Translations under genes and position numbers: made by a program
Part shown: piece by piece, positions 31,208 through 40,792 of the stretch
Numbering within the stretch: position 1 is the first letter of the stretch
How the letters are laid out: each line of letters starts with the position of its first letter
Assembly (NCBI GenBank): GCA_918234285.1
Contig: CAKJXZ020000058.1
Span: forward strand, 1 to 62,216
Origin: Pseudomonadota bacterium
Lineage (GTDB): Bacteria > Pseudomonadota > Alphaproteobacteria > RF32 > CAG-239
Reading direction: 5' to 3'
DNA: 62,216 nucleotides
The notes under the pieces: generated by a model
Database searches by the model: none
Told to the model about the DNA's origin: nothing
Seen by the model: only the letters and a program-made list of their open reading frames with translations

Positions 31208-32443
31208 ATGGAACAATCACGCAAAAAACCGTTGGTAGAATTTTATGATGAAACTCTTTCCGGAGCAGATGGAGATTATCAGGAGCATAAGGCTAAGGTT
31301 ACATTTTTCGGTGATAACGGCAAAGTATTGAAAGTTACCTTTGAACTTGATGTTGAAACCCATGATTATGATATGTTTGATACGGGTTTCCGTTTATATA
31401 CAACCATTCAAGAGCGTGATGCGGCCGGCACAAGAGAAATCCTAAATAAGGATGAAAGAATATATAAGGGCAATATTAAGGATTTTCTGACAAACCATAC
31501 ACTCAGCAAAAGCGGTCAGGAGCGCAAAAAATTATATCCGAAAGAGTTGCGTGATGAGGCAGCAAAACAAGATGTTTTGTATCGAGCTCTGAAAAAAGTT
31601 TCCTTCGATGAGGATGATAAAGTGGAATCAGTCGCCGAAATGGCTAGGAATATGGTAATTGAAAAATTCCCGAAATACTTGAATTTTTATCTGAATGAGC
31701 AAGCTAAAGAAAAAGAGAAAGAAAAGGAAAAAGAAGTTGCTGTTGAGGAATATATTCCGGAAGAAGAAAAAGAAAAACGCAAAGCCCGTGAAGAATATTT
31801 GAAAACCCACCCAATAGCTCGAGTTCGTCACAAACTAGCCAAAGGAATTGATGATACTTTCGGCACCAAATTAGATGAAAAAACGCCGAAAGAGGTAGCA
31901 AAAGGCGCGTTGTTAAAAGCTTCGATTGCGGCAACATTGGCCGGCGGAGTGATCGGAGCTTACGAATATGCGGATTATAGCGCCAAAAAACAGGCCAAAG
32001 AACAAATTGCCCAGCGTGAACGTGACGAAGCCTTAAAAGCGGAACAGGACCGCCAAGAAGCGGAGCGGCTTGCATGGGTAGAAAACGACATTATGTTGAA
32101 AGAAATGGAAAAAGCCGGCATTAAATTAGAGAAAAAAGCCAAAGACGGCTCCGTGATGCGGCTGTCTTCCGTTGATGCCGTAAGGGAAATAATACGTCAT
32201 GACGACGCAAAATCTGAGACCAAATATAAGTTCAGCAACCCTAAATGGGAAAAGAAAACACCGGCCGAATATGAGAAATGCAGCGACTTTGTCCCGAAAT
32301 TTACGGAAACGGATGCCAAGGTTGTTTTTGAAAATTGGGCATTAAAAATCATATCAAAATACGATTTCAAATTTGTAAAACCGGAAAAAATACGGCAAAC
32401 CGATTGGTCATCGCTCATTTCCAAGGCGGAACAACAACGATAA
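31208..32443 (+). CDS. Hypothetical charged protein with one central TM helix
   Basis: 411 aa, AAGGAG RBS, TTGACA-16-TAAACT promoter (31149-31176), KE-rich tract. Confidence 0.7.
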   Translation: MEQSRKKPLVEFYDETLSGADGDYQEHKAKVTFFGDNGKVLKVTFELDVETHDYDMFDTGFRLYTTIQERDAAGTREILNKDERIYKGNIKDFLTNHTLSKSGQERKKLYPKELRDEAAKQDVLYRALKKVSFDEDDKVESVAEMARNMVIEKFPKYLNFYLNEQAKEKEKEKEKEVAVEEYIPEEEKEKRKAREEYLKTHPIARVRHKLAKGIDDTFGTKLDEKTPKEVAKGALLKASIAATLAGGVIGAYEYADYSAKKQAKEQIAQRERDEALKAEQDRQEAERLAWVENDIMLKEMEKAGIKLEKKAKDGSVMRLSSVDAVREIIRHDDAKSETKYKFSNPKWEKKTPAEYEKCSDFVPKFTETDAKVVFENWALKIISKYDFKFVKPEKIRQTDWSSLISKAEQQR

Positions 32444-32495
32444 TTTACGTCATAAGTTCAATTCCCTGCCCGCCCGATTTATTCCGGCGGGTTTT

Positions 32496-33212
32496 TTACG
32501 GAATCTGTGTAACTTGGCAATCGCTTCCGCAAGTAATAATCTTTACTTCGTCATCTTGAAACACCAAAGCGGTGCAATCATCCATACTCCATCCGCGGAG
32601 TTTTCTTTCTTTCAATTTATTATTGATTCTCTCTTTTTCGTCAGCGGTCAGCCAATTATAATGCGGAACCCCGAATCCTTTAACAAAGGACAAACCTTTA
32701 ACCAAGTCCAGTTGTTCGATATCAGTTATATCATCCATATTATCGTAATACTCAAACCAACATATTGCGCCGGCAGAAATCCCCGATAAAATAATTCCCG
32801 ATTGATATGCTTCGTATAAAATTTTATCAACTCCGTATTGGCGCCAAATTTTCAGCATTGCAGTCGTATCTCCGCCGCCCACATAAATAATATCATGCGC
32901 AAAAATTTTGTTGCGAATCTCTGTTTCAGACATATCGGTACCTATCAAATTCAGCGGTTCGACGGAACTGCAACCCAAGCGCCCCTTAAAGTGTTTTTCT
33001 ATAACTTCCAAGTAACTTTGTTTGTCATTTGAAGCCGTACCGATAAATAACATTTTAGGGTGTTTCTTCCCCGATGATTCCACAATAAAGCGGTCAATTA
33101 AGGTGGTTTCTACATCTGTTTGACAGGACGTACCGTCAGGTAAAATCTTTATTCTGCCGATTTCTCCGCCGCCCACGGCGATAATTGTTTTTTTCATTTT
33201 ATTTCTCGACAT
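32496..33212 (-). CDS. Peptidase E (S51) family
   Basis: IAVGGG, FIGTAS, YVGGGDT, GISAGA (Ser), VPHY (His). Confidence 0.9.
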   Translation of the reverse strand: MSRNKMKKTIIAVGGGEIGRIKILPDGTSCQTDVETTLIDRFIVESSGKKHPKMLFIGTASNDKQSYLEVIEKHFKGRLGCSSVEPLNLIGTDMSETEIRNKIFAHDIIYVGGGDTTAMLKIWRQYGVDKILYEAYQSGIILSGISAGAICWFEYYDNMDDITDIEQLDLVKGLSFVKGFGVPHYNWLTADEKERINNKLKERKLRGWSMDDCTALVFQDDEVKIITCGSDCQVTQIP

Positions 33213-33368
33213 CTGCTTACCCTATACTGTTTTTTTGCAATTATATATCTGATAATTATATTCGTCAATCGGTTTATATCGGCAATATATTTTTGCGCGG
33301 AATATAAACATTATTTTAACATTTTAGGTATATCGTGGAGGCAAAGAAATTTATATTTAAGGTGTCAA

Positions 33369-33887
33369 ATGAAACGATTAAATGTGCTTTTTATCGGGCT
33401 TTGCGCCCTGTTTTGCGCCGGCTGTACAACGGTTACAGAACCACAGCCGAATTTGGCGCAATATTATACTCCGCAGTGCCGCAACGAAACTATGGTAGCA
33501 ATATATGATGACCAAGGTTCTTATACGGTTCCGGGATGTGTTGACTATTATATGCCGTGGGAAGTATACGACGGCTATGAAAGTTTTGCCGGCTACGGGA
33601 ATTTTGACGGATACGAAACTGATAACCAACCGGAGGGTGATTTTCCGGACGTGGAAAACAATAAATATCCGTCCAATCAGGTAATTTTGCAAAATCAAAA
33701 CACTCGCGTTTTGGCTTATTGCCGCGGAAACGACGAACAAATTGCATATTGCATCAGCCGTTTGGAAGGCTCGTGTTATGTGCCGCTGACGGAAATTCCG
33801 AAGGTTACGGCCAAAGCTGATGAACTGCGCCGCGGTTCTTATCCGTCGCGCAGATGGCGTGAAGGGGACGTTGTTCCGAGGTGGTAA
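33369..33887 (+). CDS. Hypothetical lipoprotein
   Basis: MKRLNVLFIGLCALFCAG-C lipobox. Confidence 0.65.
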   Translation: MKRLNVLFIGLCALFCAGCTTVTEPQPNLAQYYTPQCRNETMVAIYDDQGSYTVPGCVDYYMPWEVYDGYESFAGYGNFDGYETDNQPEGDFPDVENNKYPSNQVILQNQNTRVLAYCRGNDEQIAYCISRLEGSCYVPLTEIPKVTAKADELRRGSYPSRRWREGDVVPRW

Positions 33888-33890
33888 AAA

Positions 33891-35414
33891 ATGTTGGCAC
33901 GCGTTAACACCATAGCTTTTAACGGTTTGAACACGCTCGATGTAGATTTGCAGCTGCAGATTTCATCGGGCATGCCGGCTTTCAACATTGTGGGATTGCC
34001 GGATAAAACCATTGCCGAAAGCAAAGAACGCGTGCGCGCCGCCTTAAATACCATGGGGATTGAGTTGCCGGCCAAGCGTATTACCATTAATCTGGCGCCG
34101 GCCGATTTGTTGAAAGAAGGTTCGCATTTTGACTTGCCGATAGCGCTGGCTCTGCTCGCCGGTCTGGGAATTGTTCCGGCGGAAGAAGTGGCCGATTATG
34201 TGGTTATCGGCGAGCTCGGTCTGGACGGCGCGATTATGCCGGTTAACGGCGCATTGCCGGTGGCAATTCATGCCAATCGCATCAACAAGGGTTTGATTTG
34301 TCCGGAAGCCCAAGGGGGTGAGGCCGTCTGGTCTGGTCTGAAAGAGATTATTGCCGCACCGACGCTGTTGGCACTGATTAATCACTTGAAAGGCGTTCAA
34401 CAACTGCCGCAACCGGAAGTAAAACGCAAAAAAACCAAAATTTCCGACTTGGATATGGCCGATGTCAAGGGGCAGGAAACCGCCAAACGCGCGCTTGAAA
34501 TCGCCGCGGCCGGTGCTCACAATATGCTGATGATCGGCACTCCGGGTGCGGGAAAATCAATGTTGGCCTCGCGGCTTGTAACCATTTTACCGCCGCTGAC
34601 AACCGAAGAAGCACTGGAAACGTGTATGATTCATTCGATTGCCGGCGAGCTTAAAAACAGCGAAATCAGCTTTGAACGGCCTTATCGCGACCCGCACCAC
34701 AGCGCTTCGACACCGGCGCTTATCGGCGGCGGACGCAAAGGTGTTCCGGGGGAAATTTCGCTGGCACACAACGGTGTTTTGTTTTTAGACGAGTTGCCGG
34801 AATTTAACCGTTCCACTCTGGAGGCGCTGCGTCAGCCGATTGAAACCGGATATGTGACAATTTCACGCGTGCACTGTCATACGCAATATCCGGCCAATTT
34901 TCAGCTGGTGGCGGCGATGAACCCTTGTCGTTGCGGTTATTTGGGACAAAGCGGACAGGAATGTTCGCGGGCACCGCGTTGTGCCGAAGAATATCAATCC
35001 CGAATTTCCGGTCCGATGATGGATAGGTTTGATATTCATATTCAGGTACCTCCGGTCAGTCCGTGGGATATGGCAGAGGTCAAAAAAGGAGAAAGTTCGG
35101 CGGTTATTCGCCAACGCGTGGTTGCGGCGCGACAAATTCAGCAACAAAGATTTAACGAGCTGGGATATCCGCATTTGCACACAAATTCACAGCTCAAGGG
35201 AGATATTTTGGAGGAAGTAACACAACTGGACAGCGATGCAAAGAGCCTGTTGGTGGGCTTTGCCGAAAAAATGAAAATGTCGGCGCGGGCCTATCATCGC
35301 ACTTTAAAACTGGCCAGAACAATTGCAGACTTGCAAAATGAAAAAAAAGTGTCTAAAGTACACATAGCGGAGGCGTTGTCATACAGATATGTTATGCCGT
35401 CGAAACAGGTATAG
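33891..35414 (+). CDS. comM: YifB/ComM Mg-chelatase-like AAA+ ATPase
   Basis: VGLPD...ESKERVR, NLAPADLLKEGSHFDL, GTPGAGKS, GEISLAHNGVLFLDE, AAMNPC. Confidence 0.93.
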   Translation: MLARVNTIAFNGLNTLDVDLQLQISSGMPAFNIVGLPDKTIAESKERVRAALNTMGIELPAKRITINLAPADLLKEGSHFDLPIALALLAGLGIVPAEEVADYVVIGELGLDGAIMPVNGALPVAIHANRINKGLICPEAQGGEAVWSGLKEIIAAPTLLALINHLKGVQQLPQPEVKRKKTKISDLDMADVKGQETAKRALEIAAAGAHNMLMIGTPGAGKSMLASRLVTILPPLTTEEALETCMIHSIAGELKNSEISFERPYRDPHHSASTPALIGGGRKGVPGEISLAHNGVLFLDELPEFNRSTLEALRQPIETGYVTISRVHCHTQYPANFQLVAAMNPCRCGYLGQSGQECSRAPRCAEEYQSRISGPMMDRFDIHIQVPPVSPWDMAEVKKGESSAVIRQRVVAARQIQQQRFNELGYPHLHTNSQLKGDILEEVTQLDSDAKSLLVGFAEKMKMSARAYHRTLKLARTIADLQNEKKVSKVHIAEALSYRYVMPSKQV

Positions 35415-35424
35415 GAGAAAACAA

Positions 35425-37905
35425 ATGAAACAAAATAAAAATGCATTATATGCACTGGCTGCCGTTCTTACCATGAGCACGGCCGTTGCCGGTATTGCCA
35501 TGGCTGATGCCGATATTGAGGTAACAGTCTACACACCGCCGGTAATCGCAGCACCGGAGCCGATTGTTCCGGCACCGCAACCGGTGTATATCAAAGAAGA
35601 AGTTGAACAAGTTGTGGTAGAACAACCGCAACCGGTAGTGGTTGAACCTGCCCCGATGCCGTGCAGCAGCCCTACTCAGGATTGCTATATTGCACCGCAA
35701 CCGGCGCCGGAGCCTGTGGTTGAACCAGCCCCGATGCCGTGCAACAGTCCGGCTCAGGATTGTTATGTTGCACCGCAACCGGCACCGATACCTGTAGCCG
35801 AACCTGAACCGCAACCGGAGATTGCCCGTACCGGCATTCCGTGCGACGGACCGGAAGAAGAATGCAATCACGTTCCGCCGGCGGATAGAGACGGAAGTCT
35901 GTTCCCGGGCGGCAAATGCTCTAACTGTATCGACAACAAAAAAGAACCTGTTGTTGCGGCAGCACCTGTAGCCGAACAACCGAGAGAATTTGTATATACC
36001 GGTATTCCGTGCGAAGGTGAAGAAGATTGCGAACACGTTCCGCCGGCAGATAGAGACGGAAGTCTGTTCCCGGGTGGCGAATGCAGCAGTTGTACCGGCA
36101 AAAAAGTTAAAGTTCCGGGAACTTGCAACAGATGTGCACGTCAGGCCGAACGCCGCTTAGAATTGCGCAATTACGTTCCGTATACGCCGGTTGTTTACGA
36201 AGCAATGCAACGTAATTGCTGCCAAATGGCTCCTATTGCTTTGGATCACGTTGATTTCCGTATCAAAAAGAAAGGTGTCGACGGCCCTTATACCAGCCGC
36301 CTCGGCAACTATCGTTTTCGCATTTTCGGCTGCCGTCGTTTTAACAAAGAAGCACGTTTGAACAGTGGCAGAATCTTGGAAAAGAACATCAATTTCAACA
36401 CGGTGTTTGAAGAAGCCGTCGGCGATTGCTATAAAGTTTTGCCGGCGCCGAAAGATTTGTGTCTGCAAACCGTACCGACCGATATGCCGGAATATATCTT
36501 AACCGCAGAAATTACCAATTATTTCATGAACGTCTGTGATGAATACGATTGGAATAATGCCGAAAAGAAGAATTCTCGCAACGGTACTTCGGAAATTACC
36601 GTAACCTGGCGTTTGATGAACCTGACCAAGAGCGAAGTTCTGTGGAAGGGCGAAAGCACCGGATACGGCGAACTTTATGAGGGCGAAAAGAATGGTGAAA
36701 ACAAGCTGATTGAGCGTGCTTTTGCCGATGCTGCCTCTAATTTGCGTGCCATGACCGGTTTTGAAGACAGATTAATGCAACGTCTGGCACCGCAAGAAAT
36801 TGCCGCTCAGCGTTGGTCCATAATTGAAGAAGAACGCGCTCTTAACCCGATTAAGTGCGGCTATCGCAAAGAATATGATTGCGCACACACCTGCGAAATC
36901 GGCAATCCGGCTTTTGATGCGACCAAGTGCCAAACTTCCTGCAGTTGCACCGCTCCTACCTGTCAGGCACCTGCTGTTGAAGTAAAACCGGCACCGGCTC
37001 AGCCTTGCTATGCCGTGGTTGAAGGCGTAAAAGTTCCGGCTCCGTGCGAACAGCCGGTTGTTCAGCCGGTTGCTCAACCGATTGATACCTGCTATAACGC
37101 GGCCGGCGAATTTGTTGAGAACAGCGTATGTAAAGTTGTTGACGACACCTGGGTTGATACGGGTGACACAACGGCATTGGATACTTTGTGCGTTACGGCC
37201 AGCAATCCGTGCCAAAAGTTAACACCGGAAACCATGTATCGCCTGCGTTCTTCGGTAGTGCAGATTACCAGTCCGAACGGTCGTAAAGGTGCCGGTTTAC
37301 TGATTTCCGACCGCTTGATTTTGACATCCGGCGATTTGGTAAGCCCTACCAATAACAGCTACGCCATCAAGACCGTTCGCAATACGGAAATGAGCGGCCG
37401 TGCCGTCAGAGTAAATCCGAGCAAAAACACCGCGCTGATTATGCTTGACGAGAGTACCGAATATACTCCGCTTGCGCTGAATCTCAACTTGCCGGAAGTC
37501 GGTAAAAACGGCTTTTTAACTCTGGGTGTTTTGAATGTCGATGACTTCAAAGACGGCGAAGATTATCTGGAAAACAGTGCCAAAATCGAAGGTTATCGCT
37601 ACAGCGAAGAAAAAGGTGCGGAAATTTTAGCCAATACCTTTATTCAAAACGTGACGGTCGGCGGTGCTTTGTTTTATAAGGACTGCACGGTCAGCGGTAT
37701 GGCTCATTCCGGCATCAAAACCGATGATGGTATGGATATTTATGTTCCGACCGAAACGGCTCTGCGCAGCTTGGGCATAAGTATTTGCAACCATGAATAT
37801 GTTGAAGAAAGTCCGTGGCAACAGACTATTTATAAGCCTGTAACCCAACAGATTCAAATCATTCAACAAGCTCCGGAAGCGATGCCGGTTCAAGAAAGAA
37901 AATAA
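35425..37905 (+). CDS. Secreted Pro/Cys-rich protein with a C-terminal inactive trypsin-like domain
   Basis: Start MKQNK after AGGAG; signal peptide; internal repeats; SSVVQITSPNGRKGAGLLISDRLILT trypsin-like signature. Confidence 0.7.
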   Translation: MKQNKNALYALAAVLTMSTAVAGIAMADADIEVTVYTPPVIAAPEPIVPAPQPVYIKEEVEQVVVEQPQPVVVEPAPMPCSSPTQDCYIAPQPAPEPVVEPAPMPCNSPAQDCYVAPQPAPIPVAEPEPQPEIARTGIPCDGPEEECNHVPPADRDGSLFPGGKCSNCIDNKKEPVVAAAPVAEQPREFVYTGIPCEGEEDCEHVPPADRDGSLFPGGECSSCTGKKVKVPGTCNRCARQAERRLELRNYVPYTPVVYEAMQRNCCQMAPIALDHVDFRIKKKGVDGPYTSRLGNYRFRIFGCRRFNKEARLNSGRILEKNINFNTVFEEAVGDCYKVLPAPKDLCLQTVPTDMPEYILTAEITNYFMNVCDEYDWNNAEKKNSRNGTSEITVTWRLMNLTKSEVLWKGESTGYGELYEGEKNGENKLIERAFADAASNLRAMTGFEDRLMQRLAPQEIAAQRWSIIEEERALNPIKCGYRKEYDCAHTCEIGNPAFDATKCQTSCSCTAPTCQAPAVEVKPAPAQPCYAVVEGVKVPAPCEQPVVQPVAQPIDTCYNAAGEFVENSVCKVVDDTWVDTGDTTALDTLCVTASNPCQKLTPETMYRLRSSVVQITSPNGRKGAGLLISDRLILTSGDLVSPTNNSYAIKTVRNTEMSGRAVRVNPSKNTALIMLDESTEYTPLALNLNLPEVGKNGFLTLGVLNVDDFKDGEDYLENSAKIEGYRYSEEKGAEILANTFIQNVTVGGALFYKDCTVSGMAHSGIKTDDGMDIYVPTETALRSLGISICNHEYVEESPWQQTIYKPVTQQIQIIQQAPEAMPVQERK
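35641..36084 (+). repeat. Two intragenic direct-repeat pairs
   Basis: VEPAPMPCxSPxQDCYxAPQPAP twice (78-nt spacing); TGIPCxG(P)EExCxHVPPADRDGSLFPGGxC twice. Confidence 0.85.
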
Positions 37906-37960
37906 GGAGAGCGGCCCCTTATGGGGCTGTTTTTCTTGCTTAAAAGAACAGGAGATGTAA

Positions 37961-38545
37961 ATGCAGATAAATCAAAAAGGCCGCTCAATGATTGAAATGC
38001 TCGGAGTGTTGGGTATTATCGGTGTTTTGAGCGTCGGTGGATTGACAATCGTCGGCAAAGCGCGGCGACAGCAAGAAATAACGCAAGTTCTTTCCGAAGT
38101 ATCTCAGATAATCGAAAGTGCTAAAAAAATCGGCTGTCAATACGACGAAGGCTACGGCAATTTCGTAAATATGTTGGGGCAATCGGATGCTTACCCGAGC
38201 GGAGTGGAATATGAAAGTTCCCAAAGCGACGCTTATTTTACCCTTTCCTCCGATATTAAGGTAAAAATTCCGTACATCCCGGCGACCGAAAACGGTACCG
38301 GTGAAGCAGCATTGTCGCATTTTACCGTTGAAATAAGCGATATGGATGACGATACGTGCATCAATTTAGCCTCCGCCGACTGGGGACATAAGGAGAGCAA
38401 CGGCTTTGTCGGCGCTTCTTTTTCCGGACAAGACTCTTTTACCAGTATGGCTGACAACTATCCGCGTATGGATCCGGGAACTGCAGCCACAAGTTGCGGA
38501 GAAACCAACACCAAACTCTATTTAGGTTTCAGAATCTGCTATTAA
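37961..38545 (+). CDS. Type IV pilin-like protein
   Basis: NQKG|RSMIEMLGVLGIIGVLSVGG prepilin-type N-terminus with E at +5; C-terminal Cys residues. Confidence 0.8.
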   Translation: MQINQKGRSMIEMLGVLGIIGVLSVGGLTIVGKARRQQEITQVLSEVSQIIESAKKIGCQYDEGYGNFVNMLGQSDAYPSGVEYESSQSDAYFTLSSDIKVKIPYIPATENGTGEAALSHFTVEISDMDDDTCINLASADWGHKESNGFVGASFSGQDSFTSMADNYPRMDPGTAATSCGETNTKLYLGFRICY

Positions 38546-38568
38546 TGAATTTATCGAAAGGAAAAACC

Positions 38569-39144
38569 ATGAAAAAAGATTTGCAAAACGGACGTTCGAT
38601 GATTGAAATGCTGGGCGTGTTGTCAATTATCGGTATTTTAACGGTCGGCGGTTTTAATTTGGTCAGCAAAACCGTCAGCGAAAACCGCGTTAACAAGGTA
38701 ATTGATGAAGTCGGCGATTTAGCTCGTCGTACCCGTGTTGTTTTCAGAGAATTTATCTATGACTGTAAAGATAAAAATTCGGGAACTTGCAGTAACGGCT
38801 CCGACATGAGCGAATATATCCATGACGCCAAGTCCTATCCGACAGCATTAGAATGGGTTGATAGTAGTAATGAATGTAATAAATGTTTTCTCGATGATGA
38901 AGATGTGCAAATGACAGTTTCTTACAAACAGGAAAGTGACGTTGAATACTACGTATTGAAAATTGCCGCAATGTCGGAGGAAATTTGTATGGCAATTGCT
39001 AACGGACAATGGGGAACCATGGCTGCTAACGGTTTTTCCGGTATCAGTTTTGAAGCGAGCAGTGTTATCAAAGGCTCCGTAGACTTGACCGCAGCTACTA
39101 CCAGTTGCACGGACAACTCCACCATATTTCTGGCCTTTCGTTAA
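38569..39144 (+). CDS. Type IV pilin-like protein (paralogue)
   Basis: Start MKKDLQNG|RSMIEMLGVLSIIGILTVGG after AAGGA. Confidence 0.8.
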   Translation: MKKDLQNGRSMIEMLGVLSIIGILTVGGFNLVSKTVSENRVNKVIDEVGDLARRTRVVFREFIYDCKDKNSGTCSNGSDMSEYIHDAKSYPTALEWVDSSNECNKCFLDDEDVQMTVSYKQESDVEYYVLKIAAMSEEICMAIANGQWGTMAANGFSGISFEASSVIKGSVDLTAATTSCTDNSTIFLAFR

Positions 39145-39217
39145 TTCTTATCTGATTTAAGCAAAACAAAGCCGCCGCGTCAAAAACGGCGGCTTTGTCG
39201 TGATTGACAAAAAACAC

Positions 39218-39246
39218 TTGCAATTTATTTTTAACCGGAGTATAAA
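39218..39246 (+). promoter_or_regulatory. sigma70-type promoter
   Basis: TTGCAA-17 nt-TATAAA. Confidence 0.55.
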
Positions 39247-39288
39247 ACAAAATGTATTACACATTATTCTTATACAGATTTTGTGGGT

Positions 39289-39470
39289 GTCTTTGACAGC
39301 GTTCTTTGACATGTGGGTAACCTTTAGGGGCGGCGAAAACCACCGGATTACATTTTTTTAATGAAGCACAAAGGGAAACAGTGTTACTGTTTTGCACAGT
39401 AGTCGCCAAGGCAAAGGTTACAGCGGAGAGCATCGGTATTCTGACAGGAAAGATACCCGTGCTCTCTTTT
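39289..39470 (+). ncRNA. Candidate structured leader RNA or sRNA
   Basis: GTAACCTTT/AAAGGTTAC and GGCGGC/GTCGCC long-range pairing; long GAGAGCA...TGCTCTC hairpin followed by TTTT. Confidence 0.4.
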
Positions 39471-39501
39471 CTTAGAAAAATTCACCAACAATTATTATAC
39501 T

Positions 39502-39855
39502 ATGCAAAAAATTGATTTTGTAACTTTCTGCGGTATTGAAATAGGAGTTGACGAGGAACTCCTGTCCGCAAAAGAAGTAGTGCGCAAAGCGCAGAAACAT
39601 TATCAAACCGAGGTCGTTTGCACTCCGGGAATGTTTGCGGCCAAATCGTGCAGCTTCGGCTGGAAGATTGAAAAGAAAGACGACGCGTCGTTACTCGGTG
39701 TTCTGGTACTCTCTACCGGTTGGTATCTTGAACCGATTGAATTCGGCGGTGATCCGCTGAAAGTGTTTATTCCGTTCGGAACAGAATGGGCACAGATCCA
39801 TCGGTACAAGGTGCGCTATATCGACGGCACGCTGGAAATCCAAAAGGCAGAATGA
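39502..39855 (+). CDS. Hypothetical protein with SD-less start
   Basis: 117-aa ORF behind a long leader; followed by a hairpin with A/T tracts. Confidence 0.55.
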   Translation: MQKIDFVTFCGIEIGVDEELLSAKEVVRKAQKHYQTEVVCTPGMFAAKSCSFGWKIEKKDDASLLGVLVLSTGWYLEPIEFGGDPLKVFIPFGTEWAQIHRYKVRYIDGTLEIQKAE

Positions 39856-39940
39856 TGCCTGTTAAAAAAATAGTTTGTCTTGACGACAGACTATTTTTTT
39901 TATTTAATGAACGCATATATAAAAGGCAAACGGAGGGAAT

Positions 39941-40735
39941 ATGCAAATACTTTCTTTTGACATCGGCGGCAGTAAAATAGCTTACGCTTTGGTAAACGAA
40001 GACGGCAAAATATTGGAGCCGGCGCAAACCGTGCCGACACCGCAAACGGCGGAGAAAATTGAACATATTCTGCAAAATGCGACAGCGCAGTATGATTATG
40101 ATGCCTGCGCTCTGGCCACCGCCGGTGTGGTGTTTGAGCACAAATTACAAGGCAAACCGAATAACTTGCCTAAGGGATATAATTTGATTGACTTCGCAAC
40201 GGTATTTAAAGCGCCGTACATCGTTGAAAACGATGCCAATGCGGCAATGTATGCCGAACACAAAATCGGCAACTTACGCGGGGTTAAAAACGGCATTATG
40301 TTGACACTCGGCACCGATACCGGTTGCGGAATTATTTGCGACGGCAAAATCCTGCACGGCAAGTGCGGTGCCGTCGGTGAGTACAGTTTCCCCTTCTCCG
40401 GCCGCAGTTTGAAGCGTCTGGCAGCAGAACACGGCTCGGATTTGAGCGATTGTTTTGCGATTTATGCGGCGGCGCAACAAGGAGATACGGCGGCACGGGC
40501 GGCTTATCACGAGTGGGAAGAAAATCTGATTTCCGGCTTAAAAATGCTTAATGCCCTGCTTGATACCGAGGTGTTTGTGCTCTCCGGCAGTCTTTCCAAA
40601 ATTGTGGATTATGCCAAAGTCACGACCACGTTGGCACTGTTGCAACCGCATAATCCGGCGATTGTAAAGCCGGCAATCTGCGGTACCGATGCCGGTATTA
40701 TCGGCGCGGCGCTGTTAGTAGCGGAAAGCCTGTAA
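39941..40735 (+). CDS. ROK family protein (degenerate)
   Basis: FDIGGSK, ENDANAA, LTLGT, AGIIGAA; the GExGH and CxCGxxGCxE segment is missing. Confidence 0.85.
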   Translation: MQILSFDIGGSKIAYALVNEDGKILEPAQTVPTPQTAEKIEHILQNATAQYDYDACALATAGVVFEHKLQGKPNNLPKGYNLIDFATVFKAPYIVENDANAAMYAEHKIGNLRGVKNGIMLTLGTDTGCGIICDGKILHGKCGAVGEYSFPFSGRSLKRLAAEHGSDLSDCFAIYAAAQQGDTAARAAYHEWEENLISGLKMLNALLDTEVFVLSGSLSKIVDYAKVTTTLALLQPHNPAIVKPAICGTDAGIIGAALLVAESL

Positions 40736-40792
40736 TAAAAAAACACCGCCGACATTAAATCGGCGGCATTTTCTTTATAATTTTGCAGTAAA

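Noticed and set aside
39365-39425. GGGAAAC...GCAAAG resemblance to a c-di-GMP-I riboswitch
   Set aside because: The GNRA-capped P2 and P3 receptor elements could not be identified; left as an unassigned structured RNA
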